Assembly: GCF_044704955.1 (NCBI RefSeq)
Contig: NC_091999.1
Coordinates: forward strand, 50,096,001-50,160,000
DNA from: Pristiophorus japonicus
Lineage: Eukaryota
DNA: 64,000 nucleotides
Direction: 5' to 3'
Position numbers and translations under genes: made by a program. The notes beneath the pieces were generated by a model. It was not told where the DNA came from. It saw only the letters and a program-made list of their open reading frames with translations, and searched no databases. Position 1 is the first letter of the stretch, and each line of letters opens with the position of its first letter. Shown here in pieces: positions 1-13,899 of this stretch.

Positions 1-100
1 TGGCACAAAAACATATTTTTTCTCCAAGTGCCCCCTATAAAAATGGAGGGGGACACTAAAAGCACCGGCAATTAAAACAAATTAACTTAAAAACATAAAA

Positions 101-3100
101 TCAAATTAAAATTTGGTTGCCGGGCGTGATAATGCACTCCAGTCCCTCCGGTGCCCACCTCTTGCGGAAAGCCGCGACCGTACCGGTGGACACCGCGTGC
201 TCCATCTCCAAGGATACCCTGGACCGGATGTATACGCGGAAGAGAGGCAGGCAGTCTGGCTGAACGACCCGCTCGACCGCCCGCTGCCTGGACCGGATGA
301 TGGCCCCCTTGGCCGTGCCCAGGAGCAGTCCTTCGAGGAGGCCCTCGGACCTACCCGCTCCCCTCCGCATAGGGTGCCCGAAGATCAGGAGTGTGGGACT
401 GAAGTGCAGCCAGAATTTCAGTAGCAGCCCCATTAAATAACAAAACAGGGGCTGCAACCTCGTGCACTCAATAAAAACATGGAACACGGACTCTTCCAGA
501 CCGCAGAAATTGCAGGCGGCCTGGGAGCCCGTGAACCGGCTTAAAAATTTATTGCACGGCACTGCTCAGTGCACCACCTTCCAGGCCAAGTCCCCGACAA
601 ATAGTGGGAGGACCCCTGCGTAGAGTGCCCTCCATCGAGGACCCCCGCCTCCTCCGGACGGCAAGATGGTATGCCATGGCGTGTCCGGATGGCAGGCGAG
701 GATGGCAAAGTTGAGAGTGTGCAGGAGCAGCCCGTATAGGAAAACCCTCCGCGCAGAACTGAAAGGCACGGAGGGGATTTCTCCGAGTTGGCTCAAGTTG
801 TGAGGCGCCGGCCCCCGAGGGAGGTTCCGTGGTTTGGCGCCGATGAGGAATTCCGTCCGGACGGGATCTCCCCGCGTGCTTGAGCCTCCTCGATGCACCT
901 AATGGAGTCGGGGCCCAGAGCTGTTTTTAGCGACTCGATGGCATCGTCCGCGAGGCGGACGTTGGCGGAAATTAAGCGCCGCGCCAGCGTGTCTGGCGCC
1001 ATCCAGCCCGCTCCTCCGCCATCGAGCAGGTCCCTGGCCCTGGTCACCTCACCAGCCACAGCCTTCTCGTCCGACCGCCACCTAAAACCTCGGTCGTGGA
1101 GGTACGGATTCCCGAGCAGCGGCTCCTGCAGGACAGCCGCCACTCCAGTCGGTTGAGAGCTGCGCTTGGTGGAGACTTTGTTCCAGACCCTGGTGAGTTC
1201 CTTGTAAAAGACAGGCAGCTCCTGAAAGGCGGTCCTGACGCCCCCCAAGCTCACAAACAGGAGCTGAGTGTCGTAGTTGAGGCCGTGCTGCTGGCGGAAG
1301 AAGTACATCGCCAGAGCACGCCACCTAGGAGGGGGCTCGACGTAAAGTTATCTCTGCAGGGTCTGAAGATGGAAAGTCACGAGCTGGGTGCTGACGCACA
1401 CAAACGACTGACCGCCCTCCCCAAGTGGGAGACTCAAGACCGCGGCAGAGATCCAGTGCTTCCTGTTGTTCCAGAAGAAGTCCACCAGCTTCTTCTGTAT
1501 CTTGGTTAAAAACGCAGGGGGAGGGGTCAAAGTGACCAGCCGGTACCACAACATGGCGGCCACCAGCTGGTTTATGACTAGCGCTCGACCCCTGTAGGAC
1601 AGCACTCGGAGCAGTCCTGGCCAGTGCCCAAGGCGAGCGGCGACCTTGGCCTCCAGCTCCTGCCAGTTCGCCGGCCAGGGTTCCTCGTCGGGGCTAAGGT
1701 AGACTCCCAGATAGAGGAGATGGGTCGTGCTACAGGCAAAAGGCCTGAGCTCCTCCGGCAGGGAGTCCACCCGCCACTGACCCACTAGGAGTCCGGAACA
1801 TTTCTCCCAGTTGATTCTGGCGGAGGATGCGGCCGAGTAAATTTCCTGGCACTCACGCATCCTCCGCAGGTCAGCGGGATCCTCTACCGCGAGGAGCACG
1901 TCATCGGCATAAGCCGAGAGGACGACCTCCACGCCCGGCCCTTGCAGACCCAGTCGCATCAACCTCGTCCGCAGGAGGCGCAGGAAGGGCTCCACGCAGC
2001 CAGCATATAACTGGCCGGACATGGGGCATCCCTGGCGCAGCCCTCTCCCAAAGCGAAGGGGCGCTGTCAAGGACCCGTTAACCTTAATCTGACACTCCGC
2101 GGTGGCGTACAAACGTCGGATCCGGGATACGAAATTCGTCCCAAACCCGAAAGCGCGCAGAGTTCCGAACAGATAGTCGTGATCCACACTGTCGAACGCC
2201 TTCTCTTGGTCGAGGGATAGGAAGGCGACCGAAAGACCAGCCTCCTGGGAATAATGGATGAGGTCCCGGACCAGATGGATGTTATCGTGGATTGTCCGGT
2301 CCGGGACCGTGTAGGACTGGTCGGGGTGGATCATGTGGTCCAGCACGGCACCAAGGCGAGCAGACATAGCACTGGCTAAGATTTTGTAGTCCGTGCTGAG
2401 GAGGGAGACCGGGCGCCAGTTCTTAAGGAGGCGGCGATCGCCCTTCTTATGCAGCAGGACAATGACTGCCCTGCGCCAACAGAGCGGCATCTCCCCGGTC
2501 ACCAGACTTTCCCACAGGACCCACGCATAGTCGCCCCCAAGGACTTCCCAGAACGCCCTTTGGAACTCCACGGTCAGCCCGTCCAGCCCTGGGGCTTTTC
2601 CCCTCGAGAGCCGGTCGAGGGCGCCGGTCAGCTCCGCCAGGCTTAGCGGAGCTTCCAGATTTTCGGCGCCCACCGGGCCGACCTTCGGCAGGTCCTCCCA
2701 CAAAACTCTACGCGCTTCCTCGCTGGACGACTCCGGAGAGAACAGGGCCCCGTAATATTCACGGGCCCTGTTGTTGACGCCGTCCGGATCCGAGACTAGA
2801 GAACCGTCGTCGGCCAGCAGCGTCAAGAGCTGCTTATGGACACTCTGTCTTTTTTCCAGCGAGTAGAAGAAGGGGGAGCCGCGGTCCAGATCCCACAGGA
2901 ACCGGATCCGCGACCTCACGAACGCGCCTCGGGACCGGGCGAGCTGCAGGTCCTTCAGCGTGGCCTTATTCGCTTCGTACACCGTCCGCAGGGCCGGGTC
3001 CCCGATGACTTCACCGAGATGGGATTCCAGGTCGAGCACCTCTTTTTCTAGGCGCCCGACCCTTGCCGCCCGCCTCTTGGTCGACCCCCTCGCGTACTAT

Positions 3101-3984
3101 TGACAGAAGATGTGGACGTGAGCCTTGCCAACATCCCACCATAGCCTCAAGGAGGGGAAGCCCCCCTGCTTCCTTCTCCAGTCGGCCCAGAAATGACGGA
3201 ACGAGTCCTGGAACCGTACATCTTCCAGCAGCCGGTTGTTAAAATGCCAGTACGTGGACCCCGTCCTCGCGCGGAGTGAAGCGAGCTCCGCCCACACCAG
3301 ATGGTGGTCCGAACACGGCACCGGTCGCATGGAGGCCGCCGGGACGCAGGAAACGTACGCCCGAGACACGTAAAGGCGGTCGACTCTGGACCATCCTACT
3401 CCAGGCCTCACCCAAGTAAAGTAGCTGGAGTCGGGACGGAGATTTCGCCAGACGTCCACCAAGTCGAAGGACCCGACCAGGTCCCTCAACTTCTCCATCG
3501 CCGTCATGCTCTGCGGGGCACCGGAGCGGTCCCTCGCCTCGAGGGTGCAGTTAAAATTCCCCCCGAGGATAATGCTGTCGCCGACGTCGACGGAGCCAAG
3601 AAGAGCGGACACCTCTTCGAAGAAGCGCGTTTGCTGCGAGCCGGGCTGAGGGGCATACACGTTCACGAGATGGAGCGGCACGTCCCCCAGGCGAACCGTT
3701 ACGTGAAGCAAGCGGCCTGGCACAGGCTCCTCGAACCCCAAGATCTCCGGCTGAAAATGCGGGGCCAGCAAGATGGCCACCCCACTAGAAGTGGCGGTGA
3801 AGTGGCTCATGCGGACCTCTCCTTGCCATTCCAGGTGCCACGTGGCTTCGTCTCCCGGAACGGTGTGGGTTTCTTGCAGGAAGCACACCGCCTATTTCCC
3901 CTCCCGCAGGAGCGAAAAATTGTCAAATCAACGGCGTGCCCCTCTGCCGCCGTTGATGTTGAGGCTGGCTATGGTTATCTTCAT
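101..3984 (-). pseudogene. Tx1 copy 1 ORF2 (APE endonuclease, RT, zinc finger), disrupted
   Basis: Starts MKITIASLNING at 3984. Fragments 3097-3888, 1348-3039, 793-1308, 566-898 and 101-562 are separated by stops and frameshifts. Confidence 0.9.
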
Positions 3985-4010
3985 GGCAAAAGCATAGTGC
4001 AACCTCTACC

Positions 4011-6112
4011 TTAACCTATTGTGGTGGAGGGAGCGGAGTCTTTTGTTGAACTCCGCTCCCTCCGCAGCCCAGCGAGGGGTCCCTCGAGCTCGCGCTGCTC
4101 AAGGTGTTGCGCCTTTGTCAAGGGCCCGCCCGCGGCCAAGGTTTTGACGGTGGCGCGGACGGACCGCTTGATCAGCTCTGGCTCGGACCATTTTTCCAGG
4201 GCCAGTCGGGTTTGGTTGCAGCGACCCCGGCTCTGGGCCAAAAAGTCCCGTAGTTCCTTTGCAGGAATGAGGAGGGTCTCAGCGGCGGTCGCGAGCAGAT
4301 CCACCGCCTCACTGGCGGTGGTCTCCAGATCTTCTCCTGCGTCCCCCACCGAGTCCCCATGCTCCTCCGGGAGGTGGCCGCCAGCAGCCGGCCCATCGAC
4401 CGCACAAAGTACGACAAATGACCCGGCCGCTCCAACCGGCCCTGGCTCTGCCCCGATCGCACCCTCAGGATCGTCGGCAGAGGCGTCCCCACTGGGCTCT
4501 TTTAAAAATGGTGCTGGGTCGGGAAACGACAGCGGAAGGGGATCCCCCTCCGCCCCAGGAACCGGGGAACAAGAAGAGACCCGGCCATAGGAAATCCCCA
4601 GGCCCTCCAAGTGCCCCAGCTCCAAAGTAGGAGGCGAGGGTGGGTGTTCCTCCCCCTCCCCGCTGCCAACCCCGGCCCAGCATTTACAGTTTCATTAAAA
4701 TTATGGGTTTCGGTTTCTGCCGGGTCGAGCAAATCCCGGGGGAAGGTGGTTAATAGCTGGGCGGGCTCAGGTTCGGCCTTTTCGGCCCCGCCCGCCTCAG
4801 TCCCCGGGACGCCCGGCCCGGCGTCAAAGCATTCGTCCGCTGGCCCCACGCTCCCCACGACAGGCAGATCTTCCACGCCATCCCCGGGAGGCAGAGGCTG
4901 GCCAGCCTCGACTGTCTCTCCCTCCCCGGGGCAGACTCCTCCCGCCTACGGCGCAGCTTGGGGGCGCTGGTGGGGGACGCGGGACACGCGGCGGCCACCG
5001 ACTCCTCCACAAAGGGATGTTGTTCCCCCTCCGCCTCATCGGAGCGGCACCTCCTTTTGTTCCTGGTGATGCGCGGAGGCAGGGAGACCTCCATGTCTGC
5101 CGAGGCCTCCCGCTCCACCCCTCCCCCTTTTTCTTCTCTTGCCCGCGCCCGTGCCCCTCTGTGATATTGGTCAAGGGATCGGGCACGGGCTCAGGGCACC
5201 CCGCGCTCGCCGGTGACTGGGTTGGGCCGAGCGCGGTGGTCAAGCTTTCCGGCGCACTGAGGGAACCCGCCTCTGGATGTTTCGCCTTGATCCGCGCCTT
5301 CTTTCCGATCGGACGCTTTCCCACCCCCCCGCCGGAGGCCATGAAAACCACGGCCTCCGACGATGCCCGCGCACCTACGGCTCCCGGCACGCGGACGCAA
5401 CTAGGGGGAGGGGTGGCGGCGGCGCCAGCATTGGCCACCTTCGGTGGTTTGGCGGCCTTGGAGGCGGGGCAGTTCTTACGAACATGCCCCACCTCCCTAC
5501 AGGCATGGCACCGCATGCCGTCCGACGTCCAGAAGACGCGGTAGGCAGTCCCCTCGTGCACCACATTAAAATACCCCTCCGTCGTCTCCTCCCGCGCCAG
5601 CCGGACAAAGAGCTGGCGGCGGAAGGAGAAGACATGGCGCAGGCTGTTCTCCCGGAGGCCGAGCGGTATGGGGTTGATCCCCGACCTTACCTCCCCCAGT
5701 TGGTGCAGGTGAGGGAGGGGGAGCTCTGCGGGAACAAAGGGCGGGACGTTAGATATGATGACCCTCTGCGCGGTGGCCTCGAGAGGGTCCACCGGCAGGA
5801 ACGTCCCGCCCACCTTGAGCCCCTTTTCAAGGGCCAGGGACACCGCCCGCTCCGACCCCAGGATAACACAGCCTTCCCAGACATCTTGGAGGCTGCGACA
5901 ATGGCCGAGGGGCCGACTACCCCAGCCATCGCCCGCACGCACTCCTCGATGCTCATTGTGGGGTGAGTGTAGCTCTTGACCCCGTGTTTCTTTGTAATAA
6001 GTGTGAAAGGTGGCAAGGCAGCGGGTGGCGCAGGAGGTGCCGTGGAAGCGGTTGCCACCTGCGCATATGTCTTCACTGGCCCTGCCACCGGCGTGGATGG
6101 GGTCGCCATCAC
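4011..6112 (-). pseudogene. Tx1 copy 1 ORF1 (gag-like nucleic-acid-binding protein), frameshifted
   Basis: Starts MMATPSTPVAGP; contains VIISNVPPFVP and a CCHC knuckle; fragments 5687-6112, 4824-5942, 4502-4876 and 4011-4625. Confidence 0.88.
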
Positions 6113-7029
6113 GGGGTCCCTTTAAGGGCTACACCCACCCCAAAGTCACAAGCCTCAATGGTTTTAATTGGCCTCGTATGTAAAGACTGAGCAGAGGAGC
6201 TCTTAACGAGGCACACCTCTCCCCTAGTTGGCAATTGGGGAGGGGCCTTGCTCCCTCTGCTCAGTTGTGTTATTTTTTTGGTTTTTTTTTTAATTTGGAG
6301 GAAAGGGCTCTCAGAGAGAGAGGGGAGAGACAGAGAGAGAGCGATAGATAAAGGGGGTGCGGGAAAGAGGGAGGCTGCGAGGGCAGGTCTCCCCTCACAG
6401 CAATGGCTGGGTGCACTCCCCAAATGGCAAAAAAAACAAAAACTCAATCTTTGGGGTAGTCTTCGGGTGGGGGGAGAAGATGTCTTCACCTGGGGCAGCT
6501 AGAGCCAACCAGGCACACACTCCCAACGATGTTTAACGGGTGATTGAAAGAATCTTCAGCCTGGTAGCTCCAGCTATCCCAGGCTAGGCAATGGCGGGGG
6601 GGGGGGGGGTTCAATTGTGTGTGGGGCCTAGTTGTAAGCAAGGCCCCCACACACATTTACACACACACACACACCCCGCGATGTTCCGGCCCTCAGTGGT
6701 CTTCTTTCCTCCCCCCACCGATACAACAAAGTCTTTTAGGGAAATGCACCCACACCCAACTGTAGAATGGTAGAGTCTCACTCCTTCCACACTGGATGTT
6801 GTTGTTGGTCTTTCCCCCTCTCTCCAACACTTTGTAGAAATGGTCAAGTTGTTCAAAGTTTTCTGCTTTCCTCCTCTCCCTCTGGGTGAAAGTTGGTGGT
6901 GAAGCCCCTTCATTCCTTGTCTTCCTGGGCTGATTCACAGGCCCAGCCAGGAGCTGCAACAGCATCTGCTCTCCTCACTGCTCACTCAGCCAACTGAGCA
7001 GGACACGCCTCCACTGCTCCACGATTGGT

Positions 7030-7047
7030 TTATTGTGTATGAAACAC
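7030..7047 (+). repeat. Junction copy of the CR1 target sequence (putative target-site duplication) between Tx1 copies 1 and 2
   Basis: TTATTGTGTATGAAACAC, 15/18 match to CR1 TCCTTGTGCATGAAACAC, directly after the Tx1 5' terminus CTCCACGATTGGT. Confidence 0.75.
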
Positions 7048-7224
7048 TTTTAGCGAGTTAACGGAAAAACATTAAACCGTGCCCCCCGATCTGGGGGAAA
7101 CACCAACATTTACAATGCCTTTTTTTTTTGGCACAGATAGGAATTTTTCTCCAAGTGCCCCCTATAAAAGGGAAGGGGGACACTAAAATCACCGGCAATT
7201 AAAACAAATTAAACTTTAAAACGT

Positions 7225-10200
7225 ACCTACCCGCTCCCCTCCGCACAGGGTGCCCAAAGATCAGGAGAGTGGGAGTGAAGTGCAGCCAGAATTTCAGGAG
7301 CAGCCCCTTCAAATAATGGAACAGGGGCTACAACCTCGTGCACTCAATAAAAACATGGAACACGGACTCCTCCAGACCGCAGAAATTGCAGGCGGCCTGG
7401 GAGTCCGTGAACCGGCTTAAAAATTTGTTGCACGGCACTGCTCCATGCACCACCCTCCAGGACAAGTCCCCGATTAATAGTGGGAGGACCCCTGCGTAGA
7501 GTGCCCTCCTTCGGGGACCCCCGCCTCCTCCGGACGGCAAGATGGTACGCCATGGCATTTCCGGACGGCAGGCGAGGATGGCAAAGTTGAGAGTGTGCAG
7601 GAGCAGCCCGTACAGGAAACCCCTCCGCGTGGAACTGAAAGGCACGGAGGGGATTTCCCCGAGGCGGCTCAAGTTGTGAGGCGCCGGCCCCCGAGGGAGG
7701 TTCCGGGGTTTGGCGCCGATGAGGAAATCCGTCCGGACGGGGTTCAGTTCGGACGGGATCTCCCCACGTGCTTGAGCCTCCCCGATGGACTTAACGGAGT
7801 CAGGGCCCAGAGCTGTTTTTAGCGACTCGATGGCAACGACCGCGTGGCGGACGTTGGCAGAATTTAGGCACCGCGACAGCGTGTCTGGCGCCATCCAGCC
7901 CGCTCCTCCGCCATCGATCAGGTCCCTGACCCTGGTCACCTCACCAGCCACAGCCTTCTCGTCCGACCGCCACAAAAAACCTCGGTCGTGGAGGTACGGA
8001 TTCCCGAGCAGTGGCTCCTGCAGGACGGCCGCCACTCCAGCCGGCGGAGAGCTGCACTTGGTGGAGACTTTGTTCCAGACCCTGATGAGTTCCTTGTAAA
8101 AGACAGCTAGCTCCCGGAGGGCGGTCCTGACGCCCCCCACACTCACAAACAGGAGCTGCGTGTCGTAGTTGAGGCCGTGCTGCTGGCGGAAGAAATACGT
8201 CGCCAGAGCACGCCACCTAGGAGGGGGCTCGACGTAAAGGTATCTCTGCAGGGTCTGAAGACGGAGAGTCGTGAGCTGGGTGCTGACGCACACCAACGAC
8301 TGACCGCCCTCCCCAAGCGGGAGCCTCAGTACCGCGGCAGAGACCCAGTGCTTCCTGTTGTTCGAGAAGAAGTCCACCAGCTTCTTCTGTATCTTGGCGA
8401 CAAACGCAGGGGGAGGGGTCAAAGTGACCAGCCGGTACCACAACATGGCGGCCACCAGCTGCTTTATGACTAGCGCTCGACCCCTGTAGGACAGCACTCG
8501 GAGCAGTCCTGTCCAGCGCCCTAGGCGAGCGGCGAACTTGGCCTCCAGCTCCTGCCAGTTCGTCGGCCAGGCTCGCTCGTCGGGGCTAAGGTAGACTCCC
8601 AGATAGAGGAGATGGGTCGTGCTCCAGGCAAAAGGCCTGAGCTCCTCCGGCAGGGAGTCCAACTGCCACTGACCCACCAGGAGTCCGGAACATATTTCCC
8701 AGTTGATTCTGGCGGAGGACGCGGCCGAGTAAATCTCCTGGCACTCACGCATCCTCCGCAGGTCAGCGGGATACTCTACCGCGAGGAGCACGTCATCGGC
8801 GCAAGCCGAGAGGACGACCTCCACGCCCGGCCCTTGCAGAGCCAGTCCCGTCAACCTCGTCCGCAAGAGGCGCAGGAAAGGTTCCACGCAAACGGCGTAT
8901 AACTGGCCGGACATGGGGCATCCCTGGCGCACCCCTCTCCTAAAGCGAAGGGGCGCCGTCAAGGACCCGATAACCTTAATCAGACACTCCGCGGCGGCGT
9001 ACAAAAGTCAGATCCGGGCGACGAAGTGCGTCCCGAACCCGAAAGCGCGCAGAGTTCCGAGCAGATAGTCGTGATCCACCCTGTCGAACACCTTCTCTTG
9101 GTCGAGGGATAGGAAGGCGACCGACAGACCAGCCTCCTGGGAATAATGGATGAGGTCCCGGACGAGATGGATGTTATCGTGGATTGTCCGGCCCGGGACC
9201 GTGTAGGACTGGTCGGGGTGGATCATGTGGTCCAGCACGGCACCAAGGCGAGCAGACATCGCCCTGGCGAAGATTTTGTAGTCCGTGCTGAGGAGGGAGA
9301 CCGGGCGCCAGTTCTTAAGGAGGCGGAGATCGCCCTTCTTAGGCAGCAGAACGATGACTACCCTGCACCAAGAGAGGGGCATCTCCCCGGTCGCTAGACT
9401 TTCCCACAGGACCCGCGCGTATTCGCGCCCCAGGACGTCCCAGAACGCCCTGTGGAACTCCATGGTCAGCCCGTCCAGCCCCGGGGATTTTCCCCTCGAG
9501 AGCCGGTCGAGGGCACCGGTCAGCTCCGCCAAGCTTAGCGGAGCTTCCAGATTTTCGTCGCGCTCCGGGCTGACCTTCGGCAGGTCCTCCCACAAAACTC
9601 GGCGCGCTTCCTCGCTGGACGGATCCGGAGAGAACAGTCCCCGTAATATTCACGGGCCCTGTTGTTGACGCCCTCCGGATCCGAGGCGAGAGAGCCGTCG
9701 TCGGCCAGCAGCGTCAAGAGCTGCTTACGGACACTCTGCCGTTTTTCCAGCGAGTAGAAGAAGGGGGAGCCACGGTCCAGATCCCGCAGGAACCGGATCC
9801 GCGACCTCACGAACGCGCCTCGGGACCCGACGGGCTGCAGGTCCTTCAGCGCGGCCTTCTTCGCTTCGTACACCGTCCGCAGGGCCGGGTCCCCAACGAC
9901 TTGACCGAGACGGGATTCCAGGTCGAGCACCTCTTTTTCTAGGCGCCCGACCCTGGCCGCCCGCCTCTTGGTCGACCCCCTTGATAGAAGACGCGGTCGT
10001 GAGCCTTGCCCACGTCCCACCATAGCCTCAAGGAGGGGAAGCCCCCCTGCTTCGTTCTCCAGTCGGACCAGAATCGACGGAACGAGTCCTGGAACCGCAC
10101 GTCCTCCAGCAGCCGGTTGTTAAAGTGCTAGTACACGGACCCCGTCCTCGCGCGGAGCGAAGCGAGCTCCGCCCACACCAGGTGGTGGTCCGAACATTGC

Positions 10201-10855
10201 ACCGGCCGCCGTGACGCAGGAAACGTACGCCCGAGACACGTAAAGGCGGTCGACTCTAGACCATCCCACTCCAGGCCAGACCCAAGTAAAGGCGCTGGAG
10301 TCGGGGTGGAGATTTCGCCAGACGTCCACCAAGTCGAAGGACCCGACCAGGTCCCTCAACTTCTCCATCTCCGTCATGCATTGCGGGGCACCGGAGCGGT
10401 CCCTCGCCTCGAGGGTGCAGTTAAAATCCCCCCCGAGGACAATGCAGTCGCCGACGTCGACGGAGCCAAGAAGAGCGGACACCTCTTCAAAGAAGCGCGT
10501 TTGTTGCGGGCCGGGCTGAGGGGCGTACACGTTCAGGAGATGGAGCGGCACGTCCGCCAGGCGAACCGTTACGTGCAGCAAGCGGCCTTAGCATTGGCAC
10601 CTCGACCCCCAAGATCTCCGGCTGAAAATGCGGGCCCAGCAAGATGGCCACCACACTAGAAGTGGCGGTGAGGTGGCTCATGCGGACCTCTACTTGCCAT
10701 TCCAGAGGCCACGTGGCTTCGTCTCCCGGAACGGTGTGGGTTTCTTGCAGGAAGCACACCGCATATTTCCCCTGCCGCAGGAGTGAAAAATTGTTAAATC
10801 TGCGGCGTGCCTCTCTGCTGCCGTTGATGTTGAGGCTGGCTATGGTTATCTTCAT
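7225..10855 (-). pseudogene. Tx1 copy 2 ORF2, disrupted
   Basis: Fragments 10487-10873, 10120-10581, 9535-10023, 9008-9595 and 7328-9004. Confidence 0.9.
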
Positions 10856-10885
10856 GACAAGAGCATAGTGCAACCTCTACCTAAC

Positions 10886-12961
10886 CTATTGTGGGGGAGG
10901 AGTGGAGTCGTTTGTTGACCTCCACTCCTTCAGCAGCCCAGCGAGGAACTTTTTGAGCCGGCGCAGCTCAAGGCCTTGCGCCCTTGATAAGGGCCCGCCC
11001 GCGGCCATGGTTTTAGCGGCGGCGCAGAAGGAAGCGATGAGCAGTCCCGGCTCGGACCATCTTTCCAGGGCCAGACGGGTTTGGTCGCGGCGACCCCGGC
11101 ACTGGACCAAAAAGTCCCGGAATTCCTCTACGGGAATGAGGAAGGTCTCAGCGGCAGCCGCGAGCAGATCCACCGCCTCACTGGCGATGGACTCGAGATC
11201 TTCACCCGCGTCCTCCACCGAGTCTCCGTCCCCCTCCGGGAGGTTGCCGCTAGCAGCCGGCCCATCGACCGCACGAGGTACGGCAAACGGCCCGACCGCT
11301 CCATCTGGCCCTGGCTCTGCCCCGATTCCACCCCCAGGATCGTCGGCAGAGGAGTCCCCACGGAGCTCTTTTAAAATTGGTGCTGGGTCGGGAAGCGACA
11401 GCAGAAGGAGTTCCTCCTCCGCCCCAGGAGCCGGGGAACACGGAGAGACCCGGTTTAGGAAATTCTACAGGTCCACCAAGTCCCTCAGCTCCAAAGTAGG
11501 GGGCGAGGGTTGTTGTTCTTCCCGCTCCCCGGTGCCACCCCCCGGCCCAGCGTGTACAGATTCATTAAAATTGTTTATACTTTGTATTTCTTCCGGGCCG
11601 AGCAAATCCCGGGGGAAGTTGCGTATTGGCTGGGCGGGCTGAGGTTCGGCCTTTTCGGCCCCGCCCGCCTTAGTCCCCGGGACGCTCGACCCGTTGGCTA
11701 CGCATTTTTCCGCTGGCCCCACGCCCCCCACGACAGGCAGATCTTCCACACCATCCCCAGGAGGCAGCGGCTGGGCACCCTCGACTGCCTCACCCTCCCC
11801 GGGGACAGATTCCTTGCGCCTGCAGCGCAATTTGGGGGCGCTGGTGGGGGACGCGGGACACGCGGCAGGCAACGCCTCCTCTGCGGAGGGATGTTGTTCT
11901 CCCTCCGCCTCATTGGGGCGGTGCCTCTTTTTGTTCCTGGGGGTGCGCGAAGGCAGGGAGACCTCCATATGTGCCGAGGCCTCCCGCTCCGCCCCCCTCC
12001 TTTCCTTTTCTTGCCCGTGCCCGGTCCCCTCTGCAGTGTTGTTCAAGGACTCGGGCACGGGCTCAAGGCACCCCGCGCTCGCCGGTGACTGGGTTGGGCC
12101 GAGCGCGGTGGTCAAACTTTCCTTCGCACTGAGGGGACCCGCCTCTAGATGTTTCGCCATGTTCCGCGCCTTCTTTCCGCTCGGACGCTCTCCCTCCCCC
12201 CCGCCGGAGGCCCTGAAAACAAAGGCCTCCGACGATGCCCGCGCACCTACGGCTCCCGGCACGTGGACGCAACTAGGGGGAGGGGTGGCGGCGGCACCAG
12301 GCTTGGCTGCCTTCGGTCGTTTGGCGGCCTTGGAGGCGGGGCAGTTCTTGCGAACGTGCCCCACCTCCCTGCAGGCATGGCAACGCACGCCGTCCGACAT
12401 CCAAAAAACGCGGTAGGCAGTCCCCTCGTGCACCACATTAAAATACCCCACCGTCTTCTCCCGCGCCAGCCGGACAAAGAGCTGGCGGCGGAAGGAGAAC
12501 ACGTGGCGCAGGCTGTTCTCCCTGAGGCCAAGCGGTATGGGGTTGATCCCAGACCTTACCTCCCCCAGTTGGTGTAGGTGAGGGAGGAGGAGCTCAGCGG
12601 GAACAAAGGGCGGGACGTTCGATATGATGACACTCTGCGAGGTGGCCTCGAGAGGGTTCAGCGGCAGGAACGTCCCGCCCCCCGTGAGCCCCTTTTCGAG
12701 GGCCAGGGACACGGCCCGCTCCGACCCCAGGAAGAACACAGCATTCCCAGACATCTTGGAGGCTGCGGCAATGGCCATCGCCCGCACGCACTCCTCGATG
12801 CTCATTGTGGGGTGAGTGTATCTCTTGACCCAGTGTCTCTTTGTAATAAGTGTGAATGGTGGCAGGGCAGCGGGTGGAGCAGGAGGTGCCGTGGAAGCGC
12901 TTGCCACCTGCGCATATGCCCTAGCTGGCCCTGCCACCGGCATGGATGGGGTCGCCATCAC
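10886..12961 (-). pseudogene. Tx1 copy 2 ORF1, disrupted
   Basis: 498 aa open frame 11465-12961 with CCHC knuckle, plus C-terminal fragment 10886-11218. Confidence 0.88.
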
Positions 12962-13883
12962 GGGGTCCCTTTAAGGGCTACACCCACCCCAAAGTCACAG
13001 GCCTCAATGGTCTTAATTGGCCTCGTATAGTAAAGACTGAGCAGAGGAGCTCTCAACGAGGCACACCTCTCCCCTACTTGGCAATTGGGGAGGGGCCTTG
13101 CTCCCTCTGCTCAGTTGTTTTTTTTTTAAATTAGGAGGAAAGGGCTCTCAGAGAGAGAGGGGAGAGACAGAGAGCGAGAGATAGAGTAAGGGGGTGCGAG
13201 AAAGAGGGAGGCTGCGAGGGCAGGTCTCCCCTCACAGCAATGGGTGGCTGCACTCCCCAGATGGAAAAACAAAACAAAGTACAATCTTTGGGGTGGTCTT
13301 CGGGTGGGGGGAGAAGATGTCTTCACCTGGGGCACTTGGAGTCACACAGGCACACACTCCCGACGATGTTTAAAGGGTGATAAATATTCTTCTGCCTGGT
13401 AGCTCCAGCTATCCCAGGCTAGGCATTGGGGGGGGGGGGTCCAATTTTGTGTGGGGTCTAGTTGTAAGCAAGGCCCCCATACACACTTCCACACACACAC
13501 ACCCCCCGCGATGTTCCGGCCCTCAGTGGTCTTCTTTCCTCCCCCCACCGATACAACAAAGTCTATTGGGGAATGCACCAAAACACACCCACCTTTGTTG
13601 TTGAAGTTTCTCCCTCCTTCCACACCTAATGGTGTTCCTCAGGTTGTTATTTCCCCCTCTCTCCAACTCTCTGTAGTTGCAAATAAATGTTAAATTGTTC
13701 AGCTCTCCTCCTCTCCCTACGAATGTTGAATGGGTAGCAAGCTAGCCCTTCCCTCCTTCTCTTCCTGGGCTGGTCTCAGGGCTCACTCCAGGCCTTCCAA
13801 ACAGGAGCAAAGTTGGTAGCTGCTTCTCTAACTGCTCACACAGCCAACTGAGCAGGACACGCCTCCACTGCTCCACGATTGGT

Positions 13884-13899
13884 TCCTTGTGCATGAAAC
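13884..13899 (+). repeat. Junction copy of the CR1 target sequence (putative target-site duplication) between Tx1 copies 2 and 3
   Basis: TCCTTGTGCATGAAAC, 16/16 identical to the reverse complement of unoccupied CR1 sites at 36427-36442 and 39329-39344. Confidence 0.85.

Larger units (their letters stand above)
1..7029 (-). mobile_element. Tx1-clade non-LTR retrotransposon, copy 1 (3' end runs off the window)
   Basis: ~0.9 kb 5'UTR, ORF1 with CHACREVGHVRKNC knuckle, ORF2 with APE (LQETH, SDH), RT (NWRPVSLL, QGCPMSG, YADD) and C-terminal CNFC..HVFIEC. Collinear with the two following copies. Confidence 0.93.
7048..13883 (-). mobile_element. Tx1-clade non-LTR retrotransposon, copy 2 (both termini present)
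   Basis: Same architecture as copy 1. About 250 bp deleted at 7225, removing the ORF2 C-terminus. RT motif reads CADD. Confidence 0.93.

Noticed and set aside
7030-13899. snRNA, tRNA or rRNA gene as the Tx1 target
   Set aside because: The junction motif matches CR1 coding sequence in this window, and no RNA gene is visible at any junction.
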